Source: Cetorhinus maximus
Taxonomy: Eukaryota
Direction of reading: 5' to 3'
Assembly: GCF_964194155.1 (NCBI RefSeq)
Contig: NC_135899.1
Location: 66,340,001 to 66,404,000, forward strand
DNA: 64,000 nucleotides
Shown here: in pieces, positions 26,945 to 39,200 of the stretch
How positions within the stretch are numbered: the first letter of the stretch is position 1
Layout of the letters: each line of letters starts with the position of its first letter
The notes under the pieces: model-generated
Told to the model about the DNA's origin: nothing
What the model saw: only the letters and a program-made list of their open reading frames with translations
Databases searched by the model: none
Position numbers and translations under genes: made by a program

Positions 26945-27945
26945 CTCACGGGGATCTGTGCTCGGTCACCTATTATTTGTCATTTATATAAACGACATAG
27001 ATGACAATGTGGGCGGTAGGATTAGTAAGTTTGTCGATGACACAAAGATTGGCCGGGTGGTTAACAGTGAGGTCGAGTGTCTTGGGCTACAGGAAGATAT
27101 AGACAGGATGGTCAAATGGGCAGATAAGTGGCAGATGGAATTTAACACTGAAAAGTGTGAGGTGATACACTTTGGAAGGAGTAATTTGACAAGGAAGTAT
27201 TCAATGAACAGCATGGCACTGGGAAGTTCTGGGGAACAAAGGGACCTTGGCGTGTGTGTCCCTAGATCTCTGATGGCGGTGGGGCAGGTTAGTGGGGCGA
27301 TGAAAAAGGCATATGGGACACTTGCCTTTATCAATCAATAGATTACAAAAGTAGGGAGGTCATGTTGGAGTTGTATAGAACCTTGGTGAGGCCACAGCTG
27401 GAGTACTGTGTGCAGTTCTGTTCGCCACATTATAGGAAGGATGTGATTGCACTGGAGGAAGTGCAGAGGAGATTCATCAGGATGTTGCTGGGATGAAACA
27501 TTTAAGTTATGAAGAGAGGTTGGATAGACTTGGATTGTTTTTGTTGGAGCAGAGAAGACTGAGGGGTGACCTGATCGAGGTGTACAAGATTATGAGGGGC
27601 ATGAACAGGGTGGATAGGTAGCAGCTGTTCCCCTTAGTTGAAGGGTCAGTCACAAGAGGGCATAAGTTTAAGGTGAGGGGCAGGAGGTTTAGGGGGGATG
27701 TGAGGAAAAACCTTTTTACCCAGAGGGTGGTGACAGTCTGGAATGCACTGCCTGGGACGGTGGTGGAGGCAGGTCGCCCCACATCCTTTAAAAAGTACCT
27801 GGATGAGCACTTGGCACGTCATAACATTCAAGGCAATGGGCCAAATGCTGGTAAATGGGATTAGTAGGTAGGTCAGGTGTTTCTCGTGTGTCAGTGCAGA
27901 CTCAATGGGCCGAAGGGCCTCTTCTGCTCTGTGATTCTGTGATTA
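26945..27945 (+). mobile_element. CR1 LINE, young subfamily
   Basis: GSVLGHLLFVIYIND...KFVDDTK; tail gattctgtgatt; highly similar to 43140-44360. Confidence 0.92.
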
Positions 27946-27984
27946 AGTTTGATTTATGTTAAAAAAAATGCATCTGAGAAACCC

Positions 27985-28080
27985 TGCTCTGAAGGAGACA
28001 TTTGGGCTCAAAACGTTAACTTTCTCTCTCCACAGATGCTGCCAGACCTGCTTAGTTTTGCCAGCATTTTCTGTTTTTAT
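27985..28080 (+). mobile_element. Penelope 3'-end fragment
   Basis: aaacgttaac...ctctccacagatgctgccagacctgct family tail. Confidence 0.6.
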
Positions 28081-28499
28081 GTCTCTGAGGAGGGTTCTTC
28101 CAGCTCAAAAATCTTGGCAGTCAATACTGAATTATTATTATTTATTATACCAACAAAAAATAATCACGTAAAACATCAAAAAATGTGTTTTTTTAAATCC
28201 AGCCAAATATAAGTAGTATACATCACCCAAAAAGTTGCAAGTCAAAGTGATTGTCGGGTGGCTTTATCATCAGGACTCACAGGTGCTGGAGTACTTAATC
28301 TCAAAATAGAGATCCTTTAATAGGGGAAGCAATAGCCGAATCTGCCAAGCCCATGGCATCAACCCCCCTTGAGTGATTAAAAGAGATCTTACGGTGAAAT
28401 AATGGAATCATTTACAAATAGCTTTTTTAATACTCGTTTTTGTTAATTCATTACAAGTTACATACAGATGAGGAAGACCATTTACCCCACTTTACATCA

Positions 28500-29130
28500 T
28501 CTAAGCAGAAGGTTCCTATGGTCCTGCCATTGTGCATCCAATTGCTGCTTAAATAATTCCAGTATTTTGCTACTACTATTCCACCTAGAATTCCCATTAC
28601 AAATTGTGACTATTGTTTGTTTGACGTTTGTCCTACATTTTACATGTGATTTAGATTGAAATAATTTTCCAGATTTAACATTTTCCATACCTCTTCCTGA
28701 TTGTCTCCTTAAAGGTTCTAAAATCCAAATGCCTCTCTTCTTTCCTCATACTCAAACCTTTGACACTAAGGACCCTCCTTTTGCCTTCAACACTTGAATC
28801 CAGCTGGCTCAAAGACCAGCTTGTACAGGATGTGGTTTACCAGGGCACTGTACAATTACAGCATAACTTCCTCTTACTTGCACTCTACTGTTTTGGCTTT
28901 GTAGTTCAGCATTCAGTTTATTCTGTTGACCATGTTTTACAGTGGTCAAGCAGTAAATCCATTATAACATATCTTATAACATCATCCTTACTTGCTTCAC
29001 ATTCATGGAGAATATCTGTCATTCATTTTCTTTCATTGCACAGTACTTCATGCTTTTATAGAACAAATTTAATCTGCCATTATTCTGCTCACTTATGTAT
29101 TTTGTCCAATTCATTTTGTATTTCCAAACT
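28500..29130 (-). mobile_element. Highly degraded CR1-like fragment
   Basis: Minus strand shows decayed CR1 RT-like segments (wAE*WQIKF-like at about 29065-29090). Confidence 0.4.
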
Positions 29131-29924
29131 ATATGTGCAACGGATCCAGCTTAAATTTTATCTTTCACTACATCCGCCACTAAGAATGCATATTGGGAAA
29201 TTGCACATCTGCAGCTGGTATTTTTCTTCCATGGACTTTGGATGTATTTCCTAATACATCCTAATATGCACTTGTAGTATTCTTGGTTGTTTGAACGAGA
29301 GTTCCAAAGTAGAATTTTAACTATGCCTCTGTACATATAAAGATGAGTAACTTGAGTTCTCATTTTTTCTGTGCTTGACTAAACATCTTGTGACTTTGAA
29401 ATTAGCCGACATAAATGTAGCTTTTAGATAGCTCCACAATAATAATACCATGGTAATACCAATCCAAATACCATCCAGTCAGCAAATCGAAAAACAAATG
29501 CGCCTTTTGTCTGTCTGGAGCAACTGAAGTAAATGCTAAATATCACAACCCAATACAAGTTGACTGTCAAGATATTTTAGATAGTTAACTGATAGTGAAC
29601 AAAATGTATTATGAGAAAAGTTATGAATCTTAACTCTTTTTCAGCATTTGCTATCAAAAAGTTGTAGTCCTTTTCTTAAACATTGAAACTTGTGGAACAA
29701 TAGAATTTAGCTTTAACTATTCAAGTATCCAAGTATGTAATTCCAATATTTAACTAAATCTTAGTTTTGATTAGCAAGGATTTCAATTCAGAAAAAATGC
29801 AAGATGTGGTTTACTTCAAATTATTTTAAAATTTTTGTTAGAAGGGGTGGAATTGTGAAATACAGATATAATTAAAATTATTTAATTTCTACTTTTAGAT
29901 TGGGTTGTGTCAGTAAAACACATA

Positions 29925-31111
29925 ATGGCACCAAAGAAGAAAAACACCAAGAAAAACAAGACTGAAAAAAATGAATTACCAAAAATAAGCATTGTTGAGG
30001 ACGCAACCATTGACATTGATCAGCTGAACCACCTTAACACTCTCTATGATAGTGGGTCAAATGGGTTTCGATGCACAGCCACAGAAGTCTCCAATCCAAA
30101 TCATGGTGCCATCCTCTTGGAGGAAATCAGCAGGATGCGCCAGGAGAGACTCTTCTCTGATCTCACACTAGCCACTAAAAATAAATCCTTTGATGTCCAT
30201 AAAGTGGTGATGGCTGCTTGTAGTGATTATTTCCGTAACATGTTGAAGAAAGATCCATCCATTCAATGCGTAGATGTTAATGATGCATCGCCTTTGGGTT
30301 TGACCACTGCTATAACTTATGCCTACACAGGGTCACTCAACATGTCTCTTTATACCATTGGATGCACCATTGCTACTGCCACCCAATTCCAAATGTTTAC
30401 CTTGATCAACATGTGCACCGACTTCCTCATTCAAGAAATTAATGTGGAAAACTGCATGTACATCTCAAACATTGCTGGGACATATGGGCTGAACCAGGTT
30501 AAAGAGTCAGCAAAGAAATTCATCCGTGAAAATTTCTTGGAGTTTTCAGAAAATGATCAATTCATGAAGCTGACTTATGATCAAATAAACGATTTGTTAA
30601 TGGATGACAGCCTGCAACTACCCTCTGAGCTCACTGCGTTCCAAATTGCTATGAAGTGGTTGCAGTTTGACTCCAAGAGGGTGAAGCATGCAGCTGATCT
30701 GTTGGGTAATATCAGATTTGGTACCATTTCAGCTCATGATCTTGTCAGTTATGTTCAACCTATCCCATGTATGATGCAAGATCCCGATTGCCATCGGCTC
30801 CTAGTCAACGCCATGAACTATCACCTCCTGCCTCATCAACAGAACTCAATGCAGTCTAGAAGAACAAAGCTCAGGGGAGGACAGAAGGTCCTGCTGACCG
30901 TAGGTGGTCGACCAGCTTTGACTGAGAAGGCTTTGAGCAGAGAAATCTTATACAGAGATCCTGAAAATGGATGGAACAAACTTGCAGAAATGCCAGCCAA
31001 AAGCTTCAATCAATGTGTAGTCGTGATGGATGGCTTTTTATATGTGGCTGGTGGCGAAGATCAGAATGATGCCCGAAACCAGGCTAAACATGCCGTCAGC
31101 AGTTTAAACAG
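29925..31111 (+). CDS. klhl43: KLHL31-like kelch protein (probably klhl43), main coding exon: BTB, BACK and first kelch repeats
   Basis: Acceptor ttttag|29899 and ATG at 29925. MAPKKK...[23 protein letters not shown] (BTB), ENC...LPSE (BACK) and [16 protein letters not shown] closely resemble KLHL31. Phase-2 donor AG|gtgata. Symbol inferred from synteny. Confidence 0.9.
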
Positions 31112-31832
31112 GTGATATAAGCCAATTCTTATGCAGGATGTGTTAGTGTATAATGATTCCAAACTCAGAAAAATAAGCTCTGTGGGCTATTCAAGGACTA
31201 TTTTTTATCAGGGATATATCCTAGTTTTTATAATAAAGAACTTGCATTTATTTAGTGCCTTTCATGTCCTCAGGACATCCCAAAATGCTTCATGGTCAAT
31301 GTAGTACTTTTGAAGCATAGTCACTGTTATGATATGGTCATATTTTGCAGTCAGTTTTATGCACAATAAGATCCTTTCAACAGCAATGAGATAAATGATC
31401 AGATAATCTGTTATTGGTCACATCACAAAAATGTTTTAGTGTCAAAGGGTGATAAAATGTGTTCAAATACTTTCTTTATATCTCTGAAACCTTATTTCAT
31501 CTACAATTCAGACAAATGAGATCATGATCCCTCCCTTAGGAGATTTCTGGCAGTTTGTGACAATGCTTTGGTACCTGGATTTGACTGAAGGCAAAGAAGA
31601 TAGTACTGCTTCTCCTTGAAAACTGTTTCAAATGAAGCCAGTTCAAGGTACCTCAGTCCAGGCAGCTTGAGAGCACACCCAACAACTGAATGCTTTAATA
31701 GACAGTTAGTACATCCTTGGTTGAGGGTCCGCTACTTGCGCATTGTTACTCAAACTTATCTGTCTTGGTTGTGTAGCTTTCTTTGTTTCCAGCCAGACTA
31801 TTCTCTCACGTTCCATATAGTATCGCATAACA

Positions 31833-31983
31833 TTTAAGAAGTATTTGGATGTGCACTTGCGATGCCATGGCATACAAGGCTATGGGCCTAGTGCTGGAAA
31901 ATGGGATTAGAATAGTTAGGTACTTGTTTGACCAGTGCAGACTCGATGGGCTGAAGGACCTTTTTCTGTGTAGACCTCTATGA
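31833..31983 (+). mobile_element. CR1 3' end
   Basis: aagtatttggatgtgcacttg...tgggctgaagg tail. Confidence 0.8.
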
Positions 31984-32029
31984 GAGGCCAGATGAGGGGC
32001 TGATGACATTCACAGTTGAATCTGTCATA

Positions 32030-32607
32030 GTTTCATAGAGTTTACAGCATGGAAAGTGGCCCTTCAGCCCATCATTTCTGTGCCAGCCATCAAGCCCCTA
32101 TCTACTCTAATCCCATTTTCCAGACTTGGCCTGTAGCCTTGTATGCTATGGTATTTCAAATGCTTGTCTAAATGCTTCTTAAATGTTGTGAGGGTTCCTG
32201 CCTCTACCACCCATTCAGGCAGTGAGTTCTAGATACCCCCCACCTTCTGGGTGAAAAAATTTTTCCTCAAATCCTCTCTAAACCTCCTTCCCCTTACCTT
32301 AAATCTATGCCCCCTGGTTACTGACCCCTCCACTAAAGGGAAAAATTGCTTCCTATCTATCTATGCCCCTCATAATTTTGTACACCTCAATCAGGTCCCC
32401 CCATCAGCCTTCTCTGCTCCAAGGAAAACAACCCCAGCCTATCCAATCTCTCTTCATAGCTGAAACGCTCCAGGCCAGGCAACATCCTGGTGAATCCCCT
32501 CTAGTGCAATCACATCCGTCATATATTGTGGCAACCCGAACTGTACACAGTACTCCAGATGTGGCCTAACGTTTTATACAGTCCTATCATAACCTCCCTG
32601 CTCTTGA
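32030..32607 (-). mobile_element. CR1 3' portion
   Basis: Reverse complement of the CR1 ORF2 C-terminus and tail. Confidence 0.85.
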
Positions 32608-34444
32608 ATTCAACCTGTGCCGATAAACTAACATCCACTTGCTTTCTGCAATTACAGATGATGCTATTATTGAAATATTCACGATGCAGAGCATCCTATT
32701 TCCTAGCTAAAAAGGAAATGCAATGATGAGTATGGGCATAAAATTGGCGCATGTAATCTTTTTCCAAGTGGTATGTTTTTTCCATTCCTCTCCTACAGCT
32801 ACTGTGGCGTATGAATCCACACATGCTGATAAATTTCCATTAACTTTTCCAAGTGACCATTCTTCATGTCAGCCTAGTCAGTGAGTGTTGCAGAAATTTG
32901 ACCATGGAGGGTATCCTATTCTGTTACCTAGTATCTAGATAGGGTCAGAAGCAGGAAATCTGACTAATTTTCCTCACTGTGGCACCAGGAGAACTGAGCC
33001 AACTGTAGAACCTCAATGGGCACAAGCAGGAAACAAGTAGGCAGATTGATTGACATTACAGGAAGACAAGATAACTGGTTCTCCCAGCTAGGGGGCTCAT
33101 GTGACATGACTCCCACTTCTCCACTTTGGCTTTGACAAAGGTTGTATATTCTTTAGTCTGGATTCTTGAGAGTGTTGATGTTTCAACCATTAAGAGATTC
33201 AAAGTCTGGTGAGCAGAAAAATCGTATCTTTTGTTACACTGAACATTGTTAAAGATTGAAAAAGGCAATTGAGAGCAAACCCATCTGAAATCTGACCACT
33301 CTTAAGTTTTAAACCACAGGCTTATAGATTGCATTACTCACACAGCACTTTGCAAACAGGTCCTGAGCCATAGCAGGAGCCATAACAAAATTCATCTGTA
33401 CATGTATACATCATTCAGACTAAGAAGAGAGACAATAATATATCTGGGATCATTGAATAACCATGCTGTGCTTGTGTGAATACTGTTGAATGGGAAATAG
33501 AAATAGAGTGAGTTTTTTAACGCTACTTAAGGACAGCCTATTTCTTAAACTGTTGTAGGACTGGAAAAATTCAGACTTGAATGAGGATTTTTATGTGCTG
33601 GGCAGAATGACAGTGGAGGATTGATATTTAAACAAAACTGCTGGGTTATTAAAGATGTGTTTATTGTATCAAGAGTAATTTTTAAGTCTTTTAAAAGATC
33701 CAAAAATATGGCAGTCATTGGGAGAATATTTTCTAAACTGATCAAGATTATCCAAATATTTTAAGTTTAATAGTTGTTAATATTTTATGATGCCTTACCT
33801 AGATTTGTTTGCTTGCAAGAGATGCTCTTCCTAAATAATGAGTTTCTTTCAAATATAGCACATAGTGTGACAGCCTCTCATTACAGTTATATTAAATACA
33901 GCAGACCCCTGCTTTTGTTTGTTACACACTATTGAGATTGTATTTATTTTAGATTAAAAACCTGATGAACAATGAAAAAAGACAGAATTGGGATTTAGCT
34001 GTGCTTTTCATATCCTCAGAACATCCTAAAGCACCTCATATTGACTGAAGGAATGTCAGGCCTTCCAAGTCTTTTGAGGATTTTTGAGAAGCTGTTAAAT
34101 TATCCCAGAAGTTTTTGCTGCCCCGTTACAATCTACTGGGACAGAATTTTGTGCTTTTGCGAGAATTGGATTCAGTCTGAGTTTTAAAATTTTTTTTATT
34201 TAAGAGATAATACAGACTGGTTTATTTTACAGCATTGTAAACTTCAACCTGATTATTCATCCATCAATGAGAAGCAGTAGACTCCAGGGGAGCAGGAACT
34301 TTCAGCTTTGGGCTTTGATGTTTGCAATGGTTCTGTTTGCAAAACTTGAAATTGAGGAGCTGGAAACAATCATTTGTGAACTAATATAAATCTTGATTCT
34401 CAATGAAGTTGTGTTATACACAACATTTTAGCTCTGGTTCTTAA

Positions 34445-34890
34445 CCGCTTGACTCAGTTGGTAGCAGCCCTCTGGGTCAAGAGGTCTGGGAGTTGAACTC
34501 AACTCCTGATTTGAGCACATAATCTAGGCTTCCACTCCACTGCAGAACTGAAGGAGCACTGCAACATTGGTGGTGCCATCTTTTAGATTAGATGTTAACC
34601 TGAGACCACAGCTACCCTTTCAGGTAGATGCAGAAGAGCCCGTGGCACTTTTTCAAAGTGAAGGGAAGTTCTTCCTGGTCTCCTGACCAACATTTATCCC
34701 TCAACCAACATAAAAAAAACAGATAATGTGAATATATCATGTTGCTGTTCCTTAGATCTTGCTGTGCATAATTTGGGTGCCGTGTTTCTAACAGGAGCAG
34801 CTTCACTTCAGAAGTACTTAATTGGCTGTGTTGAACTTTAGGACATCATAAGATCATAAAGGCACTATATAACACTAAATTCTTTCTTTA
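34445..34890 (+). mobile_element. tRNA-derived SINE (DeuSINE/SacSINE-like by inference)
   Basis: A-box-like gactcagttggtag, B-box-like gttgaactc, L2-like tail ggcactatataa...ttctttc. Confidence 0.65.
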
Positions 34891-35488
34891 GGACCTCTCC
34901 AGAGATATGACAAAGCACAGTAGAATGCAAGCTTTTTTTTAGTCACTAAAAGTTCTTACTGCTCACTTCAAATTGTTTGAATCCCTTGGTGTTTCAAAAG
35001 TAATATTTTTCAATTAGAAACCTGAGAGCAGAGGCAAGTCCAGTTGGGTGAGGCATCATTAAAGTTGTAAGAAGTAATAAAGTAAAAAGACTTGCATTTA
35101 TACAGCACCTTTCATGACCTTAGCATGTCCAAAAGTATTTTACAACCAACAAAGTACTTTTGTGATGTGTAGTCACTGGTGTAATGTAGGAAAGGAAACA
35201 TCAGGTAAATTATTAAGTGGTTATTAGATGTGCAACATAAAATCTCCTTGTTTTTCCTGCTGGTGTTATGCCTGGGACTACTTGATAAGAGATCAATTGC
35301 TATGATTAGTCAACAACTCCACTGTCATTGTATAACGCAGCTGCCAGAGTAGTAGAATGGATGAACCCTCGTCTTTTTCGGGTAGCAATTCTTACATAAA
35401 ATGCAAATCATATGAAATGATGAGGTTATCTCCTTGATGTGGTCTTTCTGATATCGAAAGGTATATTTAAAAAAGTGGTGTTTTTCAG

Positions 35489-36221
35489 ATATGACCCTCG
35501 TTTCAACACTTGGTTTCATTTGGCCAGCATGCTCCAGAGGCGAACCCATTTCAGCATGTGCACTTACAATGGCCTTCTTTTTGCTATCGGAGGTCGGAAT
35601 TCAGAAGGTCCCCTCTCATCCATGGAATGTTACATCCCCTCCACTAATCAGTGGCAGATGAAGGCTCGGATGGAGGTTGCGCGTTGCTGCCATGCTTCTG
35701 CACTCAGCGATGGCAAGATCCTGGTAACTGGTGGCTACATCAACAATGGCTACTCTCGCACAGCGTGTGCCTACGATCCTACAATAGACACTTGGAAAGA
35801 TTATGCCAATTTGAGTACCCCCAGAGGCTGGCACTGTGCAATCACTTTTGGTGATTATAGCTATGTGATGGGGGGTAGTCAGCTTGGGCCACAAGGTGAG
35901 CGAGTTGATGTAATAACAGTTGAACGCTACAACGCTTACAATGGCCAATGGAGCTACGTGGCTCCTCTTGTGATCGGTGTGAGCACAGCTGGTGTAACAA
36001 CCCTGAATGACAGAATCTATCTGGTTGGAGGTTGGAATGAAAGTGCAAAGAAATACAAGAGCTGCATCCAAGCCTACAATCCAGATCTGAATGAATGGAC
36101 TGAGGAGGACGAGCTGCCAGAAGCCACAGTGGGTGTCTCGTGCTGCACCATTATGTTGCCGAATAACAAACTTCGGGAGTCCAGAGCTAGCTCTGTGGCA
36201 TCTGCAGCAATCAGTATCTAA
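35489..36221 (+). CDS. klhl43: KLHL31-like kelch protein (probably klhl43), last coding exon: kelch repeats
   Basis: Acceptor tttttcag|A restores the AG|A Arg codon. YDPRFNTW...GG kelch repeats...[15 protein letters not shown]. Joined CDS is 1187+733=1920 nt, 639 aa. Confidence 0.92.
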
Positions 36222-39200
36222 TGAGCAACATATTTTAAAATTTAAAAAGAACTCTTTATATAGCCAGATTCAAAATTCAAACCCTAGTATTACTCCCCCA
36301 TTCTTTCCTCACTCCATAAAGGCCTTACCACAGCATTTCACCTTGCAATGTCTGGCAATATTGGTTTCATGATAGAGTGAACAGGAGGTGGGTAGCTCTG
36401 TCTTATAGCATTTTTAAGGTGGATATCTTTATGAAAATGTTTGACAAATCCTTTTTTCAATTGTCCCCAAAACCCTAGCCTGATGTTTTGAAATACAGAC
36501 TCCTTGCCTTTCTCACAACAATAAAAGCTTTATCAAATATTTTCCATGAAGATAGTGCTTCTTAAACTTGGTGCAAGTCACCAAGGCACATCTATATCTT
36601 CATTCAACTAAATGAAATTGTTCAATGGATTTAATGTTCTCTAAAACTCAGCCACCTGATGGTCACTTTCTATCAACCAAATTATATGATTCTTTTATGA
36701 CTGGTATGCCGTGAAGAATGAAATCAGTTATATTTCTAAAGTTCAGATTCAGAGAAGTTGCATCAATGTTGACCAGCCCAAGAGAAGAGGAGGCAACAAA
36801 ATGGAAAACGCCTTCTTTAAAAACACCAATTTTATTACATTTCCAATTCAGGAAATGAGGAAAGGATTACCCTTTGTCAACTCTCTTCTCCTTTATTATC
36901 ACCTCTTGAGATAGAGTGGATGTTGTACGCAAAAGGTGAGGGAACTGTTTTTGTTGATTAACAGTGTCTGTACCTCATCTGAAAGCAGCTTAAGTGGTTT
37001 GCTAAAGACTTGACAGAGTGCTTTAGACAACCTCACCAAAATGAGTCACAACAAACAAAAATGGCTTTCCAAGTTCAATTTCTGTGCTCATTTTGATTGT
37101 CAGTCAACCAAATTACAAAGTGAAAGTTCAACAAATTTAACAAACGAGTTGTCAGAATGAATTTTGAATCTTACCAAAAGGCAAACATTAAAACAAATGG
37201 CATCAGCATTTTGGTATTAGCTGTATGAAGATGAAAGTTCAATTCTCAGATTACTCCGGTGTGATTACCAAAGCAAGAAAAGGGGAAAGTTAAAGTTGTG
37301 AAGAGAACAAGTACTAAAAAAGAGATAATTTGAAGAAAGTTGTAAATAAAAAAAACACGAGGTAGCAACAATGAGGGGATTTTGTAACTCTCATGCTTAT
37401 GGAAAACAGCAAGGTGCTGCAAATAAACCCAGAAGCCAGATTAAAATTCTGTAATTAGCTTGAAAGCACTGACAAATATGAACTGAAATATGATTCATGT
37501 TGTCATTGGTGTTTTCAGTTTTAGAAATTTTCTTGCCAAATTTTGTAAGGATTTGTGTGTTTACTTTCTACCTAGCTTTTTTTTAAAATTTAAAAGCTGT
37601 TGTTGAAAATCAATTCAAAGTTCTCTTGACCTGAATGGTCAATTTTTAATTGTTTTCAAAATTCAACACCTGAAACATATAGAATTTCACCCGCATTAGC
37701 TACTATATTTTGAAACTTGAAGCAATGCGAATTGGTTGAAGCTCTGGAGGTTTAGTACCTTGGCAGAACTAAAATGAAATGCAGCAATAGGATTATAGAG
37801 CAAGGTACAAGGGTAGTTCAGATAATAAATCATGAGAATGGAAACAGAGGTGGAGGAAGAAGGAGAAGCAAATGTACACTTTATTAAAAATCTTGCAGCT
37901 GTAATATGCCTGCCCAGGACTGAAACAGTCACCAAGAAAAATACTGCAAGATAGTTATGTGGTGCAAGTGAGGCATGAGGCATGAGGCTATTGAGTGCAA
38001 ACAATAGCTCATTCAAAGTAATTGCTTAAATAAGTGGTAGGAAATACCATTCTCAGGCTGCGAGTTAAAGTTTCCTAAATAGTTCACAGCTAAACTATTA
38101 GATGGAGTGCTCAGCAATAAAAGGTATACAAATCAGTAACAGTCACTGTGCCCCATTGGCATCACTCCAGTTGTCTTGAATTAGGAATGGTGTTAAGACA
38201 AATAGTGACCAGAGCTTGAGCAGAGATGGATTCTCTTCATGTTCCTAATGGAATAACAGCATGGAGAAATAATCTAAATTATGTCTTTTAATGTAGCCCA
38301 CTTTAAACAAGAAAGTATGGCTGATGGCATAGCATACTTTGAAACAAAACATATTTTAATTTAACTCAAAGCTTGGAATAAAACTCAATTTCAGGTTTTA
38401 TTAACTGAAATGTAATTTCCTAAACAGGATCTCAGAAGCAGCAAAGAGATGGTCAAAATTGTGCTTGTGGCAGAAAAACTTTTCTATAGGTCTTAAGAAA
38501 AGGTGAGAGGCTTTTCGGAGATGACAGTGAAAGCAATGGAATCTTCAGTAACTTTAAGATGTTGCAGATAAAATGTTTCAGTCAATGTAAGAGAATAAAA
38601 AAGATCACTGGAAAAAGTTAAAGATTGATTGCTTATTGGTTAAAGCTGACACCCAGTGTTGTATGTTAAAACAAATCAATTGTTGGCACTTTTTAAAAAA
38701 AACAAGTTACAAATATTTGAAAATAACCCAGCATTCTCTATTGTGAGCACAAAGCAGATGGTGATTAATGAATACCAGTATGTATCATTGAAGCTGTATT
38801 TGGTTAATCTAACACTCACTTCTCCAACTGAGATTGATTAGATTTTAGATAAATTACATAGTTTCCAAATTTATAAACTGGAAAGTGCCCAGAGAACATA
38901 GATTTCTCTGGAATTAAACTGGGGAGAGGCTATATAAAATGGTGAAGGTTGGGGTTGCAGATAGAAGGTGGCAACAAAGACTGTTGGGAAGTACTCCTCT
39001 TAAATCACAGCCTTTGACATTCAGTTGCAAACTCAACTCACTGAACCATTCTGTGCTCTGACCTTCAGGCAACAGTCACGAGCAGGACTAAAAAAGAAAT
39101 GCAAACAAGCATTTTTTTTTTTTGAAAACAGAAAAGCAGTTCAGGCAACATGGATCACAAGGGAATTGAATGATAGCTATTCAAAAAAAAAAAATTACTG

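Noticed and set aside
28760-29254. 164-aa ORF upstream of the KLHL exon
   Set aside because: TTG start, no recognisable domain, and it overlaps the antisense of a degraded CR1-like fragment.
35439-35488. N-terminus of the 260-aa ORF (MVFLISK...)
   Set aside because: Intronic read-through upstream of the acceptor at 35488/35489.
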